From a virus, in the IMG/VR virus record IMGVR_UViG_3300025093_000012, positions 1 through 64,000 of that record: 64,000 nucleotides of DNA. One strand, written 5' to 3'. A program made the position numbers and the translations under genes. The notes beneath the pieces are model-generated. The model saw only the letters and a program-made list of their open reading frames with translations, did no database searches and had not been told where the DNA came from. Shown piece after piece: positions 47,101 to 59,100 of this stretch (its first letter is position 1; the number at the start of each line of letters is the position of its first letter).

Positions 47101-50100
47101 GAAGAGATAAATCATTAACTTTTGCAGGATCAGTGATTCTTCCACGTGACTTCCATAAATCAACTGCATAGCTCATAGAAGTTCCCTTCTTCTTAGCATC
47201 TGCAATCATGTAGTCTATGTATTCTTGATACTGCTGATCTACATTTTCTGTTGCACCATACTCAATAAACTCTCCATCCTTTACATAGAACTCTTTAAAG
47301 TGAGTATACAATTTATCAATATCAAAGTCAGCCCCAGATATTTCAACTAGTTCAGTAGGGAACATTGCTGATGAACCATACTCTACAGGCAAGAAGTCAA
47401 CTACTTTTAAGTTAATAGCTGAGTGCTTATCCTGTGAAGGAATACGTACACCAAACATTTTTGCAACTACATCTGGAATAGGTTGGTCAGCTTTAATTTT
47501 ATTTAATCTAACATCCCAAGCAGGCATTGCTGTCTCAGAGTAAGTAAGACCAGTTTCATTACCATTCTTGTCATACTCTTTTACATTCATTCTTAACTCA
47601 TCTAAGTATATATCACCAACCTGTAGACCAACAAAGGTTCTATTGTCTTGGTTATCATACTCTGTTTTAGCTAGCTCTTGTCTATTCTTTAGATAGTCTT
47701 CTCTTCTTATTACCTCCCATCTTGTTGGATTACCAACCTCATCAACAGCTAGAGCTCTCTTATAAAACTTCTTACCAAAGTTTGATACAAGAGCAAAGCT
47801 ATCTCCTGCAACTTTTTCTGATACTTCTCCTTTTGAGAAAAATGCTAAGAATAACTGTTGGAATTTATTCTGAGTAATTGGATTGTTAAGATCATACTTT
47901 TGTGATCCTGTTTCATCCATCTCAAATATCTCCATAAACTGTGGTCCAGCTCCAGAGGCAGCTAATGCTTGTTGTGCATACTTTAAGAATGCATGTAGAT
48001 CAACTGTAACCGTACCAAGTTCAATACTATCCTGTAATTCATCTTGAGCTCTTTGGAAGTCAAAGATTAAGTTTCTTCTTTGTAAGTATTTAATCTCTAC
48101 CCTATCACCCAATGTTTTGTTGTATAAAGCCCTTACTTCACCCAAAGACATTTCTTTATCACCAACAGTAACTCTAACAGAATTATCTTGCTCACTAGTT
48201 ATTAGTTGTTTTATCTGAGTAGGATCAGTGATAGTCCCTTTATTAGAAGGTGTGATCTGCTGTAATCTCATGTACTTAGCAGATAGGTCAGTTACATATC
48301 CACTATTCACAAAGTCATCATATTGTGCTTGATCACTTAGATTAAAGTTAGGATTTAAGATTACCTCTTTAGGAATTATATTTTTCTTTGCCGTTTTAGA
48401 AGCAGAAGCAGGTACTGCTATTGCAATAGTATCTACACCATTTGCTTCTACAGATTCCATTGCAACTCTAAGGTTATGCAAATGAACTGTATCTGGTAAA
48501 GCTTTTTCAAAGTTAGTCTCTGGATCAGAAGTTAAATTCTTTGATAGTACAAAAGCAGACATCTTCAAGAATACCTCACCATCAAAGTATACAAATTTCT
48601 TAGAGTTCATTATACCACCAAGAGCTTTGTATCCTTGTTGTGTAATACCTGCACCATAGAATTCATCCAAAGAAATATTTTCTCCAGCATCAACTCTATC
48701 CATAATTCTTGCTTGTGCTGTATTAAGACTTCCTATACCAAACATTAAATATCTAAATGCTTTTGATGTATAGTAAAGTTGTGCATCAGTAGATGTAACT
48801 GGTTTATCCTCTGTACCTTTTCTACCAAAACGTGCTGGTGTTTCTATGTCTTCAAAAGTCATAAGACTAATGTGGTTCACCTTATGGTTTACACCAAGAC
48901 CTGATTTTATGTTACCTGCTGAATCATATACATATGGAGCAGCAATAAGACTTTGTGCACTTGGTCCTGCAGCATTTAATGCCTTTGCTCTTTTAATTTC
49001 ATCTACAGAATTCTTAAAAAGCATAGATGGATCTTGCAATAGTATTTGCTTAAATAAAGTTCTATTCAACCACTCATTGTAGAAGATCTGTTTTAAATTA
49101 TGATTATCAGGATTATTAGCAATAAGGTTAAGTCTCTCTGCAGACTTCTTAGTTATCTTATTGTTTGTTCCAGTGCTAGTTGCTAATGTTCCTGTAATTC
49201 TTTTATCAACGGAGTCTAAGGTTTTGTTATTCTGCAGTATTGTTAAATGCTCATTAAACTCTTGTTCTAGTCTTTCTTTAATTAGATCTCTAACTGAGAT
49301 TCCTAATTCAGCCTCTATCTCAGCTTTTGTTTTATCATAATCAAAGTTAGGATCTTCATTTGCTGCTTTCTCAAACATCTCAATGACTTGATCATTAACA
49401 TCTTTTTGTTCAAAATCTACTTCTTCTGTCACCTCAGTAACACCAAGAGCATCAAACATTTGCTGCTCTACAGAATTCATTTTTCTTAATGTAGCAATGT
49501 CAAATGTTTGCTTTCCTTGCAACCATTGTTTTATTGCTCCAGTTCTTACAAAATATTGCGTATCTCCAAGATACAGCATATTGTTATTCTGTTTTGTCTT
49601 TGTCTGGCTTATGTCACCACCTAATAAAGCAAGGAGCTCTTCAATAGAATAATTCTCTGAACTTTGAACACCTTGATATTCAATCATATATTTTTCAGAA
49701 CTTAATTCATTAGACTTTCCTGTTGTATAGATAGATCCTACTACTTGTCTACTTCTATTTAAATCTAATCTTTGTACCTGATCATTACTAAGAATAAAAA
49801 GTTGACTCTCATCTTCCTTTCTATTTTCTAAAGTTTTTCTTGCTTCTGCATTAAGAGCTAAGCCTTGATTTTCTCCTAATGAATTTAATTTAGTAACTCT
49901 AGTTTTACTTTTACTAAGTAAGTTTCTACCGTTATAAAATTTAAATGCTCTACCAGAAGCACTATCATTATACCCAAAAACTTCATCCTCTGTAAACCCT
50001 TCTTTCTCAAACTTCTCACGGTTTATTCTTTCTGTTTCAGTTCTAATTACAGCATCTTCAAAACGTTCAACTGTTTCATCTGTAAGTTCTGACTTACCAT

Positions 50101-53100
50101 TTTTAAGTGCTACTGTCATAAGTACAGGAAGAGGAACAAAGTCTGCTGTATTAGATTCTGATATTACAGTTATGTTCTGCAATGATGTTGCATACGGAAC
50201 TCTTTTACCATTTTCATCTAAATGGTATCTTTCTTTTAATTCACCAGTGGAATTATTATAGTCAGATAAGTATAAGTTAATTGCCAATGCTTGGAACTCA
50301 GCTCCTGAAACATCCCCAAAGGTTTTATTATTTTTATTATCCTTTAGTTTATTGTTAGCTTTAAAATTACCATTCTCATCTGCTTCTAGATTAGTATACT
50401 TAACACCACCCATTCTAGATATTCTAAGCTTACCACTAACCACCAAGTCTCTAAATCTAGGATCAGTCAACATAAACTGTTTAGTTAAGAATGGATTATC
50501 TAACAATTCATCCATTGCATCTTCTGAGTTCAGTTCTGCTACTTTCTCTAAATTGTATGTAGGCATCTGATGTGCATAGATCAACTTACCTTCAGCATTT
50601 CTAAATACTGTAGCACCAACAGTGCTATCAAAAACAGCATTTAGTTGTGCAAGCTTCTTAATTCTAAACTTAACATCAGTACCAGTCTCTTGACCTGTTG
50701 AAGTATCTTCAGTTACATCTTCTTCTATTTGATCATAGTAAAGATTTGCTTTTACTCTACCATCTTCAGTTCTACCATGTAAGCTTATTGCAACTCCTAT
50801 CTCTTGAACATCTTCTAAATTAAATGTAGGTGTAGGTACTGATGAAGCATACAATTTCATAAATGTATTCTGATCATCATTCTTATTTGTTACACCATTA
50901 TTTAGAATTATAAACTTAACTGTTAAAGCAGTAACATCTATACCAACTTTGTTAAACAGATCAGAAGATATTTCTCTTGCTGCTTTGTCTAATACTGCTG
51001 AGTCAATCTGATCTTTACCAGCTAAAAACTCTATTCTTTCAAATACAGCCTGTGCACTATTTCTTAATCCTTCTTTATCAGTTAGACCGTCTACTAATGT
51101 AGCATAGTGGTCTTGCCAATTATCAATCTGTGTAGAAGCATCATCTCTACTAGTTGCTTTAAATATATTTACAAGCTTTGCATTCTGATCTACCTCTAAT
51201 TGATAGTAATCAGATCTTAACTGTGTAAATCCTTTTAATACAGCCTGGAAGAATCCTTGACTTCTAACCTGGTCAACATTGTAGTTACCATTTAATAGCT
51301 GCTCTAATGTATACTCTGATAAATTAAACTTTGCAAATAGATCACCTATAACTGCTCTAGTATCATCATTTTGATTTTCAAAATACTTTAATCTTGCAAG
51401 CATTTGATTAGGATCTGTAATCCCAGCCAAAGCTTTCATAAATGTATTATAAGTATTTACATAGTTTACTGGTGCTAATGTTTGTTTACCAGTCAATGGA
51501 TCTATAACACTTTTTAATCTAGTAGCAAAGAATACACGGATACCCTTACTTACAGATTTAAACCCACCTATCTCATTTGCAGAAGCTTCAAAGTCCTCAT
51601 CATTCTTAAGTGATGCATCAAGAGCTAGTGCGTTTCTATCTAATACAACTTGTTGATCTTCAATTTGTGTATCAAATAAATTCAATAAATCAGATACAGA
51701 TTTTCTTACATCATCTTTATATGTACGTAAACCTTCATATCTTTCTTCCAACTGATCTGAGTAGTCAAAGAAGTTTTCATCTTCTGCATAATATAAATTA
51801 CCCTCTTCATCAGTTCGTGCAGGATCTTGTTCTTCTATGTACTCATCAATAACTCTATCTAAAAGTTCTTTTGGATTATACTTACCATTAAAATCATTTG
51901 CTTTTGTAAGCTTTTCCTGAGCTCTAAAGAAGTTTGCAGTAATAGAACCAACTATTGTTTCTGTTTCTTGCTGAGTAAAGTAGTTATTGATATAATATAT
52001 CTCAGTGTCATCTGTTCTACCAATTAATCTAGAAGATGGAATAGGATCTCCTTTACGTATAGCAAAAGCAATATTACTTGGTGCACCTGTTTGTTCAAGA
52101 ATAGTTGAATCAGTTATAGCTGATTCTGTAAATCTATTTTTCTGTATAGGTGCTGCCTTATACTTACCTGTGTTAATGTCATTAAATAATCCTTGTAAGT
52201 CACCTTTGCTATATGATAAGAAGATGCTCTTAATAAAGTCAATAAGTCTTTGGAAAAAACTCTTAACCTCTGTATCAACTTTACTACTTCTTGGATTTAT
52301 TTTAAATAGTTCAAACTGATCTGCCAAGTACTCTTCAAAAATTGTACTATCAAGAGTCTTATTATCCATATCAGCATATGTCTGAGACAAAGTTTTCATA
52401 TAAGCTCTTGCCTCTGCCATGGTTTTCACAAAGACACCAGACTCAATCTCATATCCTTTTGAAGTCTTCATTAGAGATCTTACATTATCTCTAGCTATAC
52501 CTAAGAATTTAGTAATCTCTGCTTCACTAAGCATCATTCTAAATACAGCGTGAAATGCTTCATGGTATCTAAAACCTGTTTCTTTACCAACATATAGACT
52601 ACCTGATAATGCCTCTATACCTTTAGATACTTTACCTAGTTCTATAACAAAGGCTCCTAATGTAATCCCATTACTAATAAGCCTTCTACCTAAGTCTTCT
52701 ATATCCTTTATTTGAATGTATTCAGGAAGGTTGTCATTAGCCCACTTGATAAACTCATTAATTTCTTCAACATTTCTACCATCAAACTTGTCACTTACTA
52801 TTTTACCAATAAGTTTTTCTTTTAAAGACTTAATCTCTTTCTCAAGCTTCTGCACCTCTTCAGAGTTTTTAACTGCATTAAGTGCTTGTAGATTATACTG
52901 TCCTTTTGTTTGTCCAGGGTTAGCTTCTTTAAACTCTTTTATAAATTGATTACGTAAGGATACTCTTAAAGCTTTTAACTCTATTTCTTTTTCTGCAATA
53001 AGTGAGGCTAAGTCTTGATTATTATATTCAGCTTGTAACCCGTCCTCATCTTTTTGTGTTGCAGCTTCTATTGTGGAATTATCCGTAGCTAGTGCTAGAT

Positions 53101-56100
53101 CAACACCACTTGATAGTTTATATGCTTCAGCAACATCTTTTTCTATTTGTGATAATGAATCATATCCATCACTGATTATCTTTTTTCTAATATCTTCAAT
53201 AATCTCTTCAGGAATATTTTCAAAATTATTTTCAAAGAGTTCATTATATACTTCTTGATTTAATGATATAGGTCCTCCTTCAACTGTATCCTCTGCTTTT
53301 GCAACATCTCCTTCTGGAGAAGAACTTTCATACTTATTGATAGAGTTCATCTCATTCTTAATAGCATCCTCATTTGTATAGTTAAGGTCTGCAGCTAAGC
53401 CCCATTTTAACTCTGGTATTATATTAGCTGATAATCCTATTCCTTGTAACTCAGATACATTAGATAAGTTTCTTGGTAAGTTAGGTACAAAACTTTGATC
53501 ATTAAGTTTAATTTTTATACCTGCCTCTTTTGCTTGCGGGCTATTTTTTATTTTATTATTTATAGCAGTAGCAAAATCAGAAAGAGTTCTTATCTCTGCA
53601 AAGTCTGGTGCATTTAAAAATACACTCACTGATTCACCTTGCTTGTTTTTTACAGTAACTTCAAAACCACCTCTTTTATTAAACCTCATAAAGACATTTA
53701 ATCCAGGTTGGCTAGTTTGCACATAAAATATGTCAGCTATCTTATCAGTGGCTTGATCTCCTAATGTTTCAGGATCAAACTTATCAGTCTTAGTTTTAAA
53801 CTCACCCTTATCATCAGTTACATTATCTAATAACTCCTGTTGAGTTTCTTTTATATTAGTTACTACTTCTACACCAGCTTCTTTAGAAAGAGCATCCAGT
53901 TTAATTTCAAAGTATGAAATAGTACCATTTGGTAATGTAACAAACTGTACATATCTACCCATCCCTAATGCTGGTATAGTATCAAACCCATCCCTTCTTA
54001 ACTGTTCTGCAATAGCTGCGGTTATAGCTTGATCTGTTACAGACCCAGGTTCTAAATTATCAGTGGGTACTTTTTTAGATATTCTTACACCTCTCTTATC
54101 CTTTCTAGTATCATATATAATTGTATACTCTTCACCGTTGTATGTAAAGGTATTTGATTCTAAATCTTCATATGCCGTAGTTGCAGTCTGTCCACCTTTA
54201 AGAACTGGATTACCGTTAGCATTAACTCTCCAACCATTGTAACCAGGTGTTATATTAAGTTCTATGTTTTCAAGATCATTAATACCAAAAAATAAAGTAG
54301 GTGTACTACCAAGTTTAGATTTAAGTTCTTCTGTAATTAATTTAGCTTTTGAATAGTTTCTTCTAACTGATGCAGCTAACTCTTCTGCAGACTGACCTTT
54401 GTTCTTTATAAATAATCTTTCTGCTTGCTCTGCAGTAATTTTTGTAGCATCAATTGTACTACCATCTACATCTAACAATAATGTTTGATCTATACCTGCC
54501 ATAATACCTAATGGCTTTCCGTCAGACATAATTGTGATTTGGTATTTATTTACACCATATGCTAATAAAGGATTAGCAGCAAAACCTTCATTTACATTAT
54601 AGGGTTTTACCTTACCAGCTTCAATATCTTTTATTTGCTGATCATAATTAGGGTTTAACTCAACAAGCAATTCAAGATCTTTAATTTGTGTTGGAGTTAA
54701 CTCTCTAAGTTTCTTTTCAAAGTCTTCTTTATTGCTTAAATCTAAATCATCGTATTTACCATGTAATAAAAATCCAGGCATAACTTTAGCACCATTAAAA
54801 CCATATATAGTTAACGGATAAAACTGTGAAATTTTAGTTACTAGTGTACCTACTAAATTAACAGAAGCATCATCAACTCTTTGGAAACCTTGTGCTTCCC
54901 ATTGCTTCACAGTATAGAACTTCTCTTTTTTAGGTGTATTCTTGCTTTGTTCAGCATCAAGCGGCTCTAAGTAAATATTCTTAAACGTAGAAACCATTTT
55001 ATTAGAAGACTTAACCAGATATTTATTACCTACTGAATCTACCACAATATCACCACTCTTCAAAAATTGCCCAGCAAACTTAAATGTTTCATTCTTGGGC
55101 ATATTGTTTTGGTAATACTTATAAGCTTTCTTAGCTCTCTTAAATGCATCTTTACCTGTATAACCAAGTTGAATGTATTTACCATTTGGATCTATACTAC
55201 CAAACTTATCATATAGGTTGTTACCTTTACCGTCTACAATTGTATACACTACTTCAGTTTGACCATTGTCATCTACTGTAGTAGTCTTTAGAAGATTGAT
55301 TCCCATTACATCATCAGAGGCCACAACTTCTTCAGTGGCATCTAACTTATCTTTTGGTAATGTACCTTTCCCTGCAAACTCAGGAGATACATCAGAATAA
55401 TCTACATCTAAACGTGTTAAAAGACCATTAGTTCCAACTAAGAGTGGGTTACGTGCATTTGCTTTTAACCATTCATCCATTGTAGGATACTCTGTCTTAT
55501 CTATAGAGTCATCATTCTTATAGAACTCATTCAGCTCATACCTTGCTTGTAGTATATTCTTACCACCTTTCTTTGATGCTAACCACTTGTTCTTATCTAA
55601 AAATGGTCCATCTGTAACACTGTATGTAGCTTTATACTGCTGATAAAGTTTATCAAGTATCTCTTGTGTGTTCTTATCTGAGTTATAAAACTGTTGGTAC
55701 TTACTTCTACCTACAATACTTTCAAAATCAGGTGTTGCACCTTCTTCTGTTTCTTGCTGGCTTTCAGCTTGTGTTTCTTGTCTTTGTGCATCTACACTTT
55801 CTGCTGTTTCTACACTCTGTGATTTCTGTAAGTCAGATATTCTACTTTGTATTCTCTTAAATAATACTGGATCACTTTGAGCAGTAATCTTTCCTTCAGC
55901 ACTATAGTAGTTAGTAGGTATAATACCTCTTTCTAAAAATGCAATTGTCTCATCAGGATCAGGCTGCACACCTTCTTCTTCAGATAAAGTCTGTAACCAC
56001 TGAATACGTATCTTTTTATCTTGGTATCTCTTTAATTTTAAAGTTTGATTATTCTTATCCGTGTACTTCTCATACACTTCTTTCATTACACCAGAGATTC

Positions 56101-59100
56101 TCTCAATGTACTCATCCATATATTCAGGATTCATAAGAGTCATGTGAGCTCTATAATAATCTCCAGCTCTACCTTTCAGATAACCGTAGTCAATAATATC
56201 TACTAAAACACTCTTAAGATCTTTACCTTTTAAAGTATCTCCTTTTGCATCAGCTAAGAATGCTATATAATCTATAAATGCTTGCTGTAATCCAGAAGAC
56301 TTAATCTTTCTTCTATCAAATCTACCTATTCTTCTAGTTTTACCAACACCGTCCTTAGTTCCAAATATAGGTCTACCTTCTTCATCAAGAGCTACAATAT
56401 CTTGAAACTCAATTCCTTCACTTACAATAGCATATTCAGGATTAGTTAGTATATCACTTAAGACAGTTAAGAGTTCTAACTTTTTCTTTTTAAACTCAAT
56501 CTGTTCTTTCTCTTCTTTTGTCTTTCCTTCCTTCTTAACCTCTTCCTCTAACAAACCTAACTCTTTTACAAGTTTAGTTGGATCAGTTAAAATATCTATA
56601 TCTAAAGCTGTAAGAGATTCTAATGCTTCTTGGTTTCCAAGTTTGGTAAAGATTTCATTAGATCTTATAAGAGATGTTTCAAAAGTATTCTTAGTATATA
56701 AAGCCATTTCTCTTGCATGCTTAAATGCAACAGACTTTAATACTTCCTGCTGATACTCTCTTGTGCCTTTTTCAAACTTATCAGGCCTATATGGGTTTAT
56801 AAACTCTTCATTAAACTCATCATAGTTTTTCTCAACCTCATTTGCTCTATCCTCAAACTTATCTAATCTTTTTCTTAATGTAGATGCAGAAGATCTATTG
56901 TCTGGAAATGCTTCTTTTAAAGCCTTATCATCCATCTTCTTCATGTCTTGGATGTAGTCTTTAAATATTCCCATTCTTCCTGTAGCAAGTACAGTATTTA
57001 AATGAGAGAAGATTGCTGCATCAGCTGCATCATAATAACTTAAAATATCTCCAGCATCTGCTGCTGCAAACATTGTTTGATTATATGCTTTTTGAGTAAG
57101 TAGGTTTATTCTATCAGGATTAAAAAACTTATCTGGATCAGCATACACATTATTAAGTTGTTCTACAGCATTAGCAATAACTTTTTCTTTATTATCTACA
57201 AACTCCTGCCACTGCCCATCCTTCATTATTTTACTCTTACCCCATCTAAATATATTTGGAACACTGTCCATCATAAATTTCTGAGGGCCTTGAACTAAAC
57301 CACCCATAAGGAATCCAGACATAAACACTTTAAATCCTTCACCACTCATTTGTGATCCCATACCTCTACTTACAGCATCCATAATATCTAATGACGGATT
57401 TCTTTGTAATGTATCTGTACCTAAGAAAGTTCTTCTAGCATTATTATAGTTCTCTGTCATTTCTGCTAACTGCATATCAATATCAGCTGATAGATCTAAA
57501 CTATATAAACCATCGTAGTATGATCTAATTCCAGCAGATGATGCTTCTTGAGCTAATTCTTGAAAACCTTCAGCAAAATTTGCTACAGAATATTTTAAAC
57601 CAGTTGCAGCTAAATGTTTCATAGAACCTCTAGCACCAGCTTTATACATTCTTCTAAATGTCTCTCCTATAATCCACTCCTTCCCTAAATCACTAAAAGG
57701 CTTTTTACCAGCCTTAGTTCCACCAAAGAATATTCTACCAAATCTACTGTCTAGTGCATCATCCATTACCCTACCTAAAGGTCTAAAACCTCTCATAGCT
57801 GGACCAAGAACTAACTTATTAGATAAGTAAATGATTGGTAAGTTTATCATCTGATTAGTAAATGCAGCTTGCCTTGCATCAGACGCAATCATATTCAGTT
57901 GCTCTTGTGTTGGAGCACTATTATTATTGTACTTGTATATATCTTCATACAATGACATTCTTCTTTCAGCCTCAGTCATACCACCTTCCATCTTAGACTC
58001 TGACCACGCTAAGTTAACAGCTCTAATATCTCTATAGAATCCACCAAGATGAGCATTAGCTCTAGCTATGTTTGTCATGTTCTCTCCAGCTTTAGCTGCA
58101 GTTCTGACTTTATGAAAAGAATATAATGTTTCTGGTGTAAGAAATCTAGCCATACCAAGACCAAGCTTAGTACCACCACTTCTTACAGCAGTATAAAATG
58201 ATTTAGCTGCATCAAAGTTTTTTAACTTACCCAGCATTTTAGAACCAGCTGATGCATATGTTTTTACATCTGCTAATCTAGATAAAGCCTTCACAAATCT
58301 ACCTGCATTATATGCAGTTCTTGTAGCTAATGCACCAGCTGTACCACCACCACTAAAGTATGTTGCTAAAGCTAATACAGCTTCTTCTACCATTATGTTA
58401 GAGACAATACCAAATGTATAAGCACTATTTACATATAAATCATTAAAGAATCCTCTTGTACCACCACTAGATGATCTACCAATTCTCATTGCATCATCCA
58501 TTGCTTGTGCACCTTGCATATCAGATAGACTTGTTCTTCCTGAAAATGCATCAGCTATAGATCTATAACTAGAAGTAAATGCATCATCAAACATTGAAGA
58601 GAATGCAGCACGTGATCTAGTAAAGTTATCCCATTTACTAGAATTAGTATTATAGTATGCATCATTATTAGCAAAAGGATGAAAACCTAAATCTTTAAAT
58701 CTAGGATGATGGTAGTATCTATCCATCTCATACTTTCTACTATTGTAACTTACAGGATGTGTATATGCAGGAGTTGATGTAGGACTCTCTAAAGCAGAAG
58801 TTAAATTTTCACCTGATGCAAAAAATGCTTTTCTACCTGCTGCAGAATTTAAATTAAAGTTACCTGTATCAGCTTCAAAAGGATTAAATGCATCACCAGC
58901 ATTTCCTGGATGTGCAGTATTCATATTACTATTAGGCAATTGAACTGCATATTTAGACATATCAACAGCATGCTGATCAATCATATCTCTAAACGGTTGA
59001 TCATCAAATGCTGGTTGTGATGCAATTGCAATATCAACAGCACCATTAAATGAACTATCATCAACCATTGCTACAGGATCAAACCTGTAAGGAATATCAA

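Noticed and set aside
40061-56136. Short ORFs antisense or out of frame within the giant genes
   Set aside because: These are shadow ORFs of long AT-rich coding sequence with no motifs
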